From: Syntrophorhabdaceae bacterium
GTDB taxonomy: Bacteria; Desulfobacterota; Syntrophorhabdia; Syntrophorhabdales; Syntrophorhabdaceae
DNA: 64,000 nucleotides
Assembly: GCA_963666485.2 (NCBI GenBank)
Contig: CAXXUO010000001.1
Coordinates: forward strand, 32,001 to 96,000
Reading direction: 5' to 3'
In this document: in pieces, positions 30,784 through 40,250 of the stretch
Layout: each line of letters starts with the position of its first letter
Numbering within the stretch: position 1 is the first letter of the stretch
Position numbers and translations under genes: made by a program
Notes under the pieces: model-generated
Told to the model about the DNA's origin: nothing
What the model saw: only the letters and a program-made list of their open reading frames with translations
Databases searched by the model: none

Positions 30784-31263
30784 TCAACAGATCCGGATAA
30801 GCTTCTGATAGTCGGAAAGGTGGGCATTAACAAAATCCGCACCCAGCTCGCAGGCATTTCCACCGCACTCTATCACCCTTCGCGCAATACACCGTATCGT
30901 AACCGGGGTTTTTTCGTTCGGTATGGTGAATATCGTATCGAATTCATCATCTTCGGCTACAGTGCAATTGTGGGGTATATATATTTTTAAACCGACAAGG
31001 GAAATATCAACAACAGTCCCGGCCATTCCGGGAGACCCGTTGGACCCGTGTTTATGTACGAGGGCAGGTAAAAGGACCGTTTTTCTTACGTACCTCCTCT
31101 TGTCCTGCCCGGGCTCCTTCACGTGAACCCTCTCCCTGATATGATCACACAGAACGTTTTCTATGAATGATGACAATGTCCTGCGTTCTATGACTGCTAT
31201 TTCCTCCAGGGCCTGTTTTATCGCATCTGTGGTCCGGAAGCATATACCGACATCTCGTGCCAA
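30784..31263 (-). CDS. Ribbon-helix-helix-like plus PilZ domain protein
   Basis: ICFRT..IKQALEEIA..ERRTLSSFIE; PilZ motifs RRYVR and DISLVG. Confidence 0.8.
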   Translation of the reverse strand: MARDVGICFRTTDAIKQALEEIAVIERRTLSSFIENVLCDHIRERVHVKEPGQDKRRYVRKTVLLPALVHKHGSNGSPGMAGTVVDISLVGLKIYIPHNCTVAEDDEFDTIFTIPNEKTPVTIRCIARRVIECGGNACELGADFVNAHLSDYQKLIRIC

Positions 31264-31627
31264 TTGCTGTTTTCTCCTCCGTGTGTCAGATTATGAAACT
31301 CATTTCTGCATTATGTTGTACAACAGGTGTTTATCGAGTTAAATATGGTATTAATTCTTGGTAAATAACAGCAAAAATCTCATATATTCCGGGAGCGGGT
31401 GGCAGACAAGGAGCGCAGTTGCCGGCGCCCCTTGTCTTCTCGATGGTTTTGATGCTTCCGTCCCTGACCAAGGGGCGGAAAATTGGGAGCAGCCTGATGA
31501 TACATACCAGCCCAAAGCTGGGCTGTTCTTGGATTTTACCAGCGACCGCGCACCTGAGCTATATCATCAAAGTACATGCTTTATCCGGTAGAAATCGCGC
31601 GGACTCATGCCAACCTTTAGATCTTCT

Positions 31628-32686
31628 CTAAAGCCCGAGGCCGCCGATCCATAAATGAGAATTGTTGAGTCTCATGCCTCCATTGAGAGATTTGGCATAC
31701 AGCATCGAGTCGAAGCCGAGCCGGATAAACCCGGTGAGGTCTTTGACCGCTGCATGCCCGTCATTGCATACAAAACAAACCTGATCGATCTTTGAATCAA
31801 CAGCCAGGTTATTTATATGCGTGAGCAGGATCTTAAAATCTTCAATCGAGGAAAAGGCGAAATTTATCAAGCACCATTGTTTCAAGGCCTTTCCCGGCCT
31901 TGTCAAAACCGGGACCTCGCGGAATACCCGGGCGACACCAAGCGCTGCCGATGTCAGTTTTATCCGGGCATTCCACGATCTCACCGTGATCTTCGTTATC
32001 TTGCTCCAGTCCCAGTAGGACGCGCATGCCACGATCCTTCCGTCGGCCTCAACAATAAGGATGTTATTGAGGCCGAACTCTGGAATGCTCCTGATATCGG
32101 AAAGTAATTTTTCTACCGTTACGGGCTCATACAGGTCATAGCCCGTCCACATCCTGTTCAGGAGATCGCATACAGCGGCCGCGTCATCTGTGGTCATCGT
32201 ACGTACTCTCTTTGAAGAGTTCAGGACAGGCATTTTCCGGTAGGTCAAAACGTACTCGACACACGGGCCCTTTAAGGCATCATAACCGGCCCTGCCGGCA
32301 GCGCGCCTGTTCGCCTCATTATCCTGCATGATCAACCCGAAACCGATCCGCACCCCCCGGCTTTTGAGGAACTGTTCGCAATGCTCATACAGTTTGCGTA
32401 CGATCCCCCGTCCCCGCAGCTGCGGCTCCACAAAGGCCTGAAAGATATACCCTGCTTTCTCCGGCCGGCCGCCGACAGTGGTATCAAGGATGGCACATGC
32501 CACCGAACCGAGAATTCTCTCGCTGTCACAGGCCACGAACACCCTGCATTCCTGATATGCCCCGGTCCGGGAGAAGAAATCAGGTTCGTTCACCGTTACT
32601 ATCTTGAGAGTGGTCCCCGCTACACACCGCGATTGTATATCCTGCAGCTCATGGCCATCGTCACGGCTCGCTTCCCGGATCATCAT
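31628..32686 (-). CDS. Tandem GNAT N-acyltransferase
   Basis: VEPQLRGRGI acetyl-CoA motif; second GNAT-like half (VRTMTTDD). Confidence 0.78.
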   Translation of the reverse strand: MMIREASRDDGHELQDIQSRCVAGTTLKIVTVNEPDFFSRTGAYQECRVFVACDSERILGSVACAILDTTVGGRPEKAGYIFQAFVEPQLRGRGIVRKLYEHCEQFLKSRGVRIGFGLIMQDNEANRRAAGRAGYDALKGPCVEYVLTYRKMPVLNSSKRVRTMTTDDAAAVCDLLNRMWTGYDLYEPVTVEKLLSDIRSIPEFGLNNILIVEADGRIVACASYWDWSKITKITVRSWNARIKLTSAALGVARVFREVPVLTRPGKALKQWCLINFAFSSIEDFKILLTHINNLAVDSKIDQVCFVCNDGHAAVKDLTGFIRLGFDSMLYAKSLNGGMRLNNSHLWIGGLGL

Positions 32687-32737
32687 TGCTTTATACCCCC
32701 TTAAATTACTCGTCAGACGCCGGGCGCGACGTCTATC

Positions 32738-35524
32738 CTAGAATTTGAACTGTAATCCCACCATGCCCGAATGCTGCGTCGTGTCACCGGAGAAATAACC
32801 GTCATACGAGAGATTGATGTACAGGTGGTCCTTTGTCTTCAAGGTGATGCCAACCCCTGCTGCGAGCCTGTCACGATCGGGCCTGTCAGCATTCACGCTG
32901 AACGCGGTCTGGGGATACCCCGTGAAGGACGCCCTCAGGGAATGATTGTCATTCGAGAACTCGTGGTCCCAGCGAACCCTGAGTTCGGGACTCAAGGTGC
33001 CGGCAGGGATCGTGTAATCCTTTCTGAGACGAACTCCGAGAGACGCCAGGTACGATGTCGTGGTCTCCTTGTCGGCGTCAAGGCTCAATGCCCCGGCACC
33101 GTCCTCACTGAAGCTGCCGCGGGTAAGGTAGGTTGCCTGAAAAGCCGCGAACGGAATAATGTCGGCATACCGCGTCACGAGCTTGTACCCGCCTTCCAGG
33201 TAGCCGGCGAAGAGGTGGCTGTTGTAGGACGCGTTCGCCGTACGCGCGATCGTCCCGAACGCCATGTCGCGCGACGTATCGTAGGTATTGTAGGAATATG
33301 AACCGATGCCGCCGGCATACCAGGGGCCTTTTGTATAGATGCCGTAGAGCGATCCCTGGTAGCTCGACATCCGTGCATCCTCGGAGAGGCCCTTGAGGTC
33401 CACCTTGCTGTATGCGTAGCCGACAGATGCACCGAGAAGCAACGAAGAGGTGATCTTCTTGTCGAAACCGAAGACGGCGCCTGCCGTGCTTGAATCATAC
33501 CGGGATGATATGTCGGTGGCGCGCCTCTCGCCCAGGCTTCCATAGGTATCTATCCAGAATCCCCAGGCGGGTGTGCCGGTGCCCGGCGTGGTGTTGTTCG
33601 CCGCCGCGAGGAGCCTCGTCTGTGCATCACTGCCTGTATCGCTCAGCGACGCGGTGAGAACGGGCTTTACGGCCAGCATGGCCGAAGGGCCGCCCGATAC
33701 GAAGCCTGCCATCCTCCTCGCCATCATGTCCCTGTACTGGTTGTACGACGAGAACGTGACGGCGGGCATGGCTGTATGAATGTAGCCGCCCATCTGGTCG
33801 TAGGCGTTGAGGGCCTGAGGTGCATTCATGGCGAGGACCATGTCGATGATGTTCCGCATGTCGCCCGTGGCGATGGCATACCCGCCTTCAAGCCCGCCGG
33901 CGACCGCGCACTGGTTCTCCGTCTCGCACACGGATTGGAGGGATTTACGGGTGAACGTGAGATCGACCGCCGTGGGCAGGTAGGTGAGATATGTGTCCGC
34001 CAGGAATGCAGACGTGTTCGTGAGGTTCGCGAATGCCCCGGTGACTCCCCCTGCGGCGGTGAGGATGGTGTACGTATATGGTTTGTTTGCCACGAAAAGG
34101 CCCGTCGGAAGGAGCTGGACCGTACCTCCTTTCAATGTGGCCATACCGGTGACCACCAGCCTGTCCGCCTGTGTCGGGCTCAACTCGACCTGCAGCGTGC
34201 TCCCGGGGTTCTGTGTGTAATTGCCGGCGATCGTGAGTGTCCCGATGGAATTGCCCGCGGCGACGGTGCCGTTGTTCTGCACGTTGTTGCCGGTATCCCC
34301 GGAGCCCGTGAAGAGCCCGTTATTGACAATGGTGCCTCCGCCGGCGATCGTCCCGTTATTGACAAGTGTGCCGGCATTGATCAGGGTCCCGCTGTTCGTC
34401 TGCGTATGGCCCGTGGGGTTCGTGAGCCTCGCATTGTTCTGCAGCGTGCCTCCGGCGTTCAGGTTCATGGTCCCGCCCGTTGCGCCGTCAAAGGTGAAGT
34501 CCCGACTCAGCACGAGTGTGCCGCCGTTGTTGTTATTGAATGTTCCGCCGGCGAAGTTGTAAGTGCTCCCCGCGGCGAGTTCCACTGTGCCCGCATTGTT
34601 GAACGTGCCGGCGTTGTTCAGGGTGCCGGTATTGATCAGGGTGCCGGAGTTATTGACGGTGGCGTTGTTCGTGAGCGTCCCCGAGTTATTGAAAGCGGCC
34701 CCGCCCTGGTTGGTAATTATGCCGAGGTTGTTTATCGTTCCCGCATTGTAGAAGGCGCCTCCGGCCTGGTTCCGGAGATTCATGCCGCTGCCGTTGTCGA
34801 TCACCCCCGGGGCGTTGTTGTAAAATGCCCCTTCATTCTGGATGCCATGGGTTGAACCAAACCATTGCTCTGTCGTCATGTAGCCGCTGTTACGGAAGAC
34901 GCCCCCCGCGTAATTCAGGATAATGCCGCTGTGATGTATCCAGCGGGCATTGTTCACGGTTTCGCCGTAATTGTAAAATACCCATCCGTCGTACGTGCCG
35001 TTGTTTATAAAAGAGGCGCCGCCTCTTACATAGGTGGTCGTTCCGTTCAAATAATACCCTCCGGCTTGATTGACGATGAGGCCGTAGTTGTCAACTATAC
35101 CCGCATTGTTGAAGGTCCCCGCATTGTTGAAGGTGGCGCCGGCCGCGTTATTGAAGCGGCCGTTGCCGTCGTCCATCGTTGCGCCGGCATTGTTATTCAC
35201 GACGGCTCCCGGGTTGTTGTTAAAGCGGATAAACTGGATAATATCGGTTACCGTCCCATTGTTGTTAAAGACGGCGTTGTTGTTAAAACTTCCCCACAAT
35301 TGCACGGTCCCGTTATTCGTGAAATCGATAGCATTATGACTTGTGACGGCCGGGGGATTATTGATATCTATGGGAGTGTCGATCACATTGCCGGCGGGGT
35401 TCGGGTTGGGCCCTATCTGGACAGATTGGGCGTGTAAGGCGAATATCGACGCAAAGAGCATCATACCTGCGAAAATACTGACCAGGGCAATTCTTGCCAG
35501 GCCGGCCATGTGCAACGTTTTCAT
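32738..35524 (-). CDS. Autotransporter (type Va) 2
   Basis: Signal peptide ending ALHA|Q, NNAG/NxG repeats, beta-barrel ending GLQFKF. Confidence 0.9.
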   Translation of the reverse strand: MKTLHMAGLARIALVSIFAGMMLFASIFALHAQSVQIGPNPNPAGNVIDTPIDINNPPAVTSHNAIDFTNNGTVQLWGSFNNNAVFNNNGTVTDIIQFIRFNNNPGAVVNNNAGATMDDGNGRFNNAAGATFNNAGTFNNAGIVDNYGLIVNQAGGYYLNGTTTYVRGGASFINNGTYDGWVFYNYGETVNNARWIHHSGIILNYAGGVFRNSGYMTTEQWFGSTHGIQNEGAFYNNAPGVIDNGSGMNLRNQAGGAFYNAGTINNLGIITNQGGAAFNNSGTLTNNATVNNSGTLINTGTLNNAGTFNNAGTVELAAGSTYNFAGGTFNNNNGGTLVLSRDFTFDGATGGTMNLNAGGTLQNNARLTNPTGHTQTNSGTLINAGTLVNNGTIAGGGTIVNNGLFTGSGDTGNNVQNNGTVAAGNSIGTLTIAGNYTQNPGSTLQVELSPTQADRLVVTGMATLKGGTVQLLPTGLFVANKPYTYTILTAAGGVTGAFANLTNTSAFLADTYLTYLPTAVDLTFTRKSLQSVCETENQCAVAGGLEGGYAIATGDMRNIIDMVLAMNAPQALNAYDQMGGYIHTAMPAVTFSSYNQYRDMMARRMAGFVSGGPSAMLAVKPVLTASLSDTGSDAQTRLLAAANNTTPGTGTPAWGFWIDTYGSLGERRATDISSRYDSSTAGAVFGFDKKITSSLLLGASVGYAYSKVDLKGLSEDARMSSYQGSLYGIYTKGPWYAGGIGSYSYNTYDTSRDMAFGTIARTANASYNSHLFAGYLEGGYKLVTRYADIIPFAAFQATYLTRGSFSEDGAGALSLDADKETTTSYLASLGVRLRKDYTIPAGTLSPELRVRWDHEFSNDNHSLRASFTGYPQTAFSVNADRPDRDRLAAGVGITLKTKDHLYINLSYDGYFSGDTTQHSGMVGLQFKF

Positions 35525-35536
35525 AATGTCCCCCCG

Positions 35537-35683
35537 TTATCTGTTTTTTTGTGAATTTCGCCTGTGGCGGCTGTCGTCCTCATCTCTTATGATGAAGAGG
35601 ATCTTGTTTCTCAATTGCAGTTGACGGGCACGATGACTGTCCACACAGATTCTTTGTTTGGTTGTAAGCATTACCAGGTACAT
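35537..35683 (-). CDS. Putative 48-aa small protein upstream of autotransporter 2
   Basis: AGGAGG RBS 5 nt before ATG; MYLVMLTTKQRICVDSHRARQLQLRNKILFIIRDEDDSRHRRNSQKNR; stop 12 nt before the next gene. Confidence 0.55.
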   Translation of the reverse strand: MYLVMLTTKQRICVDSHRARQLQLRNKILFIIRDEDDSRHRRNSQKNR

Positions 35684-35771
35684 ACGAACCTCCTGTCGCG
35701 TGGTCTCCCCGTCAGCTGGTAACCGGCGGTGCTATGTGTGACAATGTTGTATCAGGCTGTATTACCGCAGA

Positions 35772-35810
35772 CAATATAGGAGAGATACAGTGAAAATATA
35801 GGTATAAAAC
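35772..35810. promoter_or_regulatory. Conserved 39-bp upstream motif, copy 2
   Basis: caatataggagagatacagtgaaaatataggtataaaac, similar to 30507-30545. Confidence 0.6.
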
Positions 35811-35959
35811 ACGTATTCATAGAACCGGAGGAACGAGTCTATGTAACTTTTAAACTACTGATAATATAGGAGTTTTAATAATGTACCTTTTTTTCTTGGA
35901 ATATATGACCCGAAAATATATAGTATGGGAGATCATGGGAACGGATAAGGGACACTTCT

Positions 35960-36379
35960 ATGAAGGTACGTAATTTTCATCGGAGTTATTCGACGAAAGG
36001 TGCGGGCGACCTTATCAATATCACGTCCGACCTTATAAAAAACCTGGAAGGCTCGGGGTTTGCCGTTGGAAATATGACTGTATTCGTGCAGGGCTCTACC
36101 GCCGGCATCACGACATTTGAATATGAACCGGGGCTTATCGCGGATATGAGGGAATTTTACGAGGGCCTTATCCCGTCAAGCCGGGGCTATCACCACGATG
36201 AAACATGGGGAGATGCGAACGGTTTCAGTCATTTGCGGGCCACCCTCACGGGACAGTCACTCGTGGTCCCTTTTGAGGCGGGGACATTGCTTCTCGGGAC
36301 ATGGCAGCAAGTCGTACTGGCAGAATTCGACAACCGCCCCCGGAAAAGACTGGTCGTGTGCCAGCTGATCGGGGAATAG
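35960..36379 (+). CDS. yjbQ: YjbQ/UPF0047 protein
   Basis: GSTAGIT, YHHD..GDANGFSHLRA, LGTWQQV..EFD. Confidence 0.9.
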   Translation: MKVRNFHRSYSTKGAGDLINITSDLIKNLEGSGFAVGNMTVFVQGSTAGITTFEYEPGLIADMREFYEGLIPSSRGYHHDETWGDANGFSHLRATLTGQSLVVPFEAGTLLLGTWQQVVLAEFDNRPRKRLVVCQLIGE

Positions 36380-36498
36380 GGTGTTTTTTTGCAGCTTTCG
36401 TTTCTCTTTTTTGTTTTACCAACCTTTGCAATCTATATATACTAAACCAAGGCTGACGCCCCGGATATCGACGGAGGGCAGGCCTATCCAGGTTTGAC

Positions 36499-36969
36499 AT
36501 GTCTCGCACACGTACAAAGATCATTCTTATTCTACTTAGCCTGATCGTCGCCGCTGCAATCGCGGGGTGCAAGAAGCCCGAACCCGCCCGGCTCATGGTC
36601 CAGGTCGAGGGCCAGCTATTCTCCGACGCTCTCTTGTGGATCGACGGCAAACAGGTCGGTAAACTGACGAAAACAGAGATAAATACTGACGGTCAATTGT
36701 TTATCGATAACAAGTACACCGTGACATTACCGCCGGGCCACAAGGATATCCCTTCCCAGGACCAGTGCACCGGCGCCCTTGATTCTCTCGAGCTGAAACC
36801 CGGGAAATATGTTATCCTCCTCCAGACCGAGGAAGGGAAATCATTACAGATCAATGCCCGCCTCGTCTCCGGCCTTAACACGATGGTGTATTATTCTGAT
36901 CAACAGGTCTTGAAATTGAACGACGCAAAAACGAAGGCCGCTCCGGGATCGACGGTAACATTACCGTAA
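36499..36969 (+). CDS. Hypothetical lipoprotein (PEGA-like)
   Basis: Lipobox IAGC; WIDGKQVG. Confidence 0.7.
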   Translation: MSRTRTKIILILLSLIVAAAIAGCKKPEPARLMVQVEGQLFSDALLWIDGKQVGKLTKTEINTDGQLFIDNKYTVTLPPGHKDIPSQDQCTGALDSLELKPGKYVILLQTEEGKSLQINARLVSGLNTMVYYSDQQVLKLNDAKTKAAPGSTVTLP

Positions 36970-37040
36970 AACGTAAAACGCAAGACGCAAAAACAAGAGA
37001 CTCTTCTTCCGTTTTACGTTTTGCGTCTTGCGTTTTACGG
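36964..37040. repeat. Heptamer-based inverted repeat, likely bidirectional terminator
   Basis: cgtaaaacgcaagacgcaaaa (36972-36992) / ttttgcgtcttgcgttttacg (37019-37039) between convergent genes. Confidence 0.75.
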
Positions 37041-37045
37041 TTTGT

Positions 37046-37498
37046 TTACCTTCTCATTCCCCCCGGATCGTGGGATACCGTGAAGATGAGGATGTTCTTG
37101 TCAGCGTTCCTCTTGTATTCAATATTCCTGGCGGCTCTTTTCATGATCTTTGTCGATGGTCTTTCCCCGCCGGCGAAGAAATCATCCGTTTCCGGGAATG
37201 TTCCCGCGAGGAGCATGTTGAAGGGTTCGCCGGTGTCCGTGATCGTGATATAGAGGGCGCCGTTATCGTGGATAAGGCATGCGATGCTTATCTCGGCCTG
37301 CCTGTCGCGGCATGCGAAGCGGATTATGTTGAGTGCCGCCTCTTCGGTTGCCCGCCCGAGGTCTTCGATGGTCTCGTCCCGGTACCCGCATTCGGTTGCC
37401 ATGTTCCGGACAAAAGCCGCAAGGTCGGGGATCGACGCCTCTTCGGCAGGACGGGTTATGATGTCGAGCGCCTGTTCGTGTTCAGTTTTCTTCGTCAT
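37046..37498 (-). CDS. RsbW-like anti-sigma factor / HATPase_c protein
   Basis: ATEEAALNIIRFA, ITDTGEPFN. Confidence 0.75.
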   Translation of the reverse strand: MTKKTEHEQALDIITRPAEEASIPDLAAFVRNMATECGYRDETIEDLGRATEEAALNIIRFACRDRQAEISIACLIHDNGALYITITDTGEPFNMLLAGTFPETDDFFAGGERPSTKIMKRAARNIEYKRNADKNILIFTVSHDPGGMRR

Positions 37499-37523
37499 GA
37501 CATACCTCGCAATTCATGGTTTG

Positions 37524-38720
37524 TTACCGGGAGAAGAAGCCGCCGGCGAAACTGACCGACGAGTGCCCGTCACTCCATTGATCATAATCGACAATTTCGG
37601 CCCGGGACCCCTCGAGCAGTTTTAGCTGGAAGAAAATGGGCGTAAGGCCGCAAATTCTCCGACGGTCGCCCTCTTCCCTGACCTCTTCGAAAAAACCCCC
37701 GGCGTCGACGTTCTTTATGTGACCGAGGAGCATCTCATCCTTTTTCCGTGACCTCTCCATCGTTACCGCATCGAGGGAATACCGGTCCCCGAATTGCGCC
37801 CCGATATGGGCGAGGTCGGCCCCCGCGACAATGCAGTGCGGTTTGCCGTACATATCGAGGACGGATCTCATGTTCTCCGTCAATTGCACGACCTCGTCAT
37901 TGTCGATCTTCTTTTCTCCTTCGATATATTCATGCATCGAACCGGTCAATACCGGCAATATCTCAAAGTCGTCCTGCATCATGAACTGTATGAGAGGGAG
38001 CTGCAGTTCTATGGAATGTTCATTCCTGTGAGGCCACTCCTCGATATACCCGTTCAAGAAAGCATTGCCCCTGATCAATTCCTTGAGCTTAGGGCCGATC
38101 GGGACCCGTTCGAGCGGCGTCTCGAAGTCTTTGAGGGATATGCTCCAGAGCCCCTCCGTGGGATGATGGCAGGTCCCGAAAATGACAAGCAGGGGCTTCG
38201 GCGAGCCCTTGAGGTACGGGTATATCCGGCGATACACCGACGCGCCCCGCGGGTAATCGATGTGAGGCGCCAGGATGCCCGAGATGTCGCCCGCCGTGCC
38301 GGTACTTTGAACACAACCGTCGAACATCCCGTCGAGGAAGTTCAGGAGCTCCATCCTGTTTGCCGCATAGCTCCTGCCTGCGCAATAAGCCGGCCTGACC
38401 GGCAGCCGTTCATAATCGTCATGAAGGGCCTTCACGTGGGCCACGTAGCGGTCATTGTAAAGGAACAGGTTCTGGTCAAGCGTTTTGACAAGGTTCTCGA
38501 TCTGCTCCATGTAGACCATCTCGCCCGAGAGGCGCATGAAAGCGGCCTGTATGTCGCGAAGTGTGTTCGTGCCGTCCATGAGCGATATCATAAAAGCGAC
38601 ATCGCGGGAAACGGCCAGGGCCTCCCGGGATATCCCTTCCGTATCCCTCAATATGACCAGCTGCTTCCCGTCTTTTTCGTAGGGAACTGCCTCGATGAAC
38701 CGTATCCTGGGTCTTTCCAT
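37524..38720 (-). CDS. amrB: AmmeMemoRadiSam system protein B (MEMO1 family)
   Basis: AGRSY, APHID, GTCH, EHSIELQLP, ADLAHIG, ICG, VSFA. Confidence 0.87.
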   Translation of the reverse strand: MERPRIRFIEAVPYEKDGKQLVILRDTEGISREALAVSRDVAFMISLMDGTNTLRDIQAAFMRLSGEMVYMEQIENLVKTLDQNLFLYNDRYVAHVKALHDDYERLPVRPAYCAGRSYAANRMELLNFLDGMFDGCVQSTGTAGDISGILAPHIDYPRGASVYRRIYPYLKGSPKPLLVIFGTCHHPTEGLWSISLKDFETPLERVPIGPKLKELIRGNAFLNGYIEEWPHRNEHSIELQLPLIQFMMQDDFEILPVLTGSMHEYIEGEKKIDNDEVVQLTENMRSVLDMYGKPHCIVAGADLAHIGAQFGDRYSLDAVTMERSRKKDEMLLGHIKNVDAGGFFEEVREEGDRRRICGLTPIFFQLKLLEGSRAEIVDYDQWSDGHSSVSFAGGFFSR

Positions 38721-38826
38721 CGCAAAGATATACCATAAACGGCCTCAAAAGGGGAAGTGGGGCAGCAAAGGGCCGTCCCGCCGTGCGGCCGTCCCGTTGA
38801 AAGGGTTGACATCATCATGATAAAAT

Positions 38827-39378
38827 TTGAGAATACTAAATCGCATGCCTGAGCGTTCTTTTCTCACCGAGATGGAAACAGTGACAGGGGTGGCCGTTTC
38901 CGGGTGCTATCAGTGTTTCCGCTGCACGAACGGATGTCCCGCTGCCCGGGATATGGACATCCTTCCCCACAGGCTGATCGGGTACATCATAGCGGGGGAA
39001 CGCGACCGTGTCCTTGGATCACAGTCGATCTGGGCCTGCCTGCAATGCGCCGCGTGCAGCATCCGGTGCCCGAACGGCATCGATGTTGCCCGCATCTTCT
39101 CGGCTTTGCAACGGATGTCCGTCGAATCGGGCAGGGCCGCATCAGCGGATATCCACGATTTCGATACCCTGTTTATCGAAAGTATCGCCCGGCATGGCCG
39201 GATGTATGAGCTTGGAACGGTGGCGCGATACCGCCTTCAGCGAAAAGAGCTTTTCAAGGACCTTCGTATGGGGTTCTCCATGATAAGGAAAAGGAGGATC
39301 GGCCTTTTTCCCCATAACGCGGCCGGCAGAAAACAGATACGTTCCCTTATGAAAAAAACGGGTATGAACGGCGAATGA
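38827..39378 (+). CDS. hdrC: Heterodisulfide reductase subunit C-like (start may be ATG 38845)
   Basis: CYQCFRCTNGCP and WACLQCAACSIRCP. Confidence 0.88.
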   Translation: MRILNRMPERSFLTEMETVTGVAVSGCYQCFRCTNGCPAARDMDILPHRLIGYIIAGERDRVLGSQSIWACLQCAACSIRCPNGIDVARIFSALQRMSVESGRAASADIHDFDTLFIESIARHGRMYELGTVARYRLQRKELFKDLRMGFSMIRKRRIGLFPHNAAGRKQIRSLMKKTGMNGE

Positions 39379-40241
39379 TCACGCTTTCCTACTATCCGGG
39401 CTGCTCCCTTGGATCGTCGAGCGACTTTTACGATGCCTCGTTGAAAAAGGTCCTGGACATCTATGGCGTGAGGCTCAAAGAATTGAGCGACTGGTCATGC
39501 TGCGGGGCTTCTGCGGCCCCGGCAGTCAGCGAAGAACTGGCAATCACGTTGAGCGCGCGGAACATTGCCGTCGCTGAAGAATCCGGCCTTCATCTCGTTG
39601 CCCCCTGTTCTGCGTGCTATGCGCGGACAAAAGCGGCCGCACTGAGAATTGCCGGGGACACCGAAACCCGGCACAGGGTGAATCGCGCACTCTTTCCCCT
39701 TTCCTGCAAAGGAAAGATCGAGGTCAGGAATATCATCGAGGTGTTCCTCGAATACATCGGCATCGAACGGATCGCAGGCTCCGTGGAGCATGACCTTGCT
39801 TCGATCCGCGCAGTCGCTTATTACGGATGCCTGCTCACGCGCATCGCAGGCATTCTCCCGTCCGATGATGTCGAAGACCCGACAGGGATGGACACCATCC
39901 TCAAGGCACTGGGGGTGACCGTCATTCCCTGGCAGTACAAGACGGAATGCTGCGGTGCGAGCGCAACGATAACGAAGGGCGAACGAACGGCGGAACTTTC
40001 GGGACGGCTCATCAGGGCGGCAGTGCACGCGGGAGCCAAGGCGATCATCACCACGTGCCCGTTATGCCAGCTCAACCTCGACCTTATGGTATTTCTTGGC
40101 AAGGATGTTGAACCTGTCCCCGTCCTCTTTCTTCCGGAAGTCTTCGAACTGGCCCTTCTCGGCGAAACGCCCGGCGCTGCGCGGCACATTGTGAACATTA
40201 AAGACCTTACGCGGGGTATAACCCGCTTAAAGAGGGCATAA
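39375..40241 (+). CDS. hdrB: Heterodisulfide reductase subunit B-like
   Basis: YYPGC, CCG x2, PCSAC, YYGC, TCPLC. Confidence 0.9.
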   Translation: MITLSYYPGCSLGSSSDFYDASLKKVLDIYGVRLKELSDWSCCGASAAPAVSEELAITLSARNIAVAEESGLHLVAPCSACYARTKAAALRIAGDTETRHRVNRALFPLSCKGKIEVRNIIEVFLEYIGIERIAGSVEHDLASIRAVAYYGCLLTRIAGILPSDDVEDPTGMDTILKALGVTVIPWQYKTECCGASATITKGERTAELSGRLIRAAVHAGAKAIITTCPLCQLNLDLMVFLGKDVEPVPVLFLPEVFELALLGETPGAARHIVNIKDLTRGITRLKRA

Positions 40242-40250
40242 GCGGCAGAC

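Noticed and set aside
9992..35524. Diversity-generating retroelement targeting the adhesin or autotransporters
   Set aside because: No reverse transcriptase and no template/variable repeat pair with adenine-specific differences seen.
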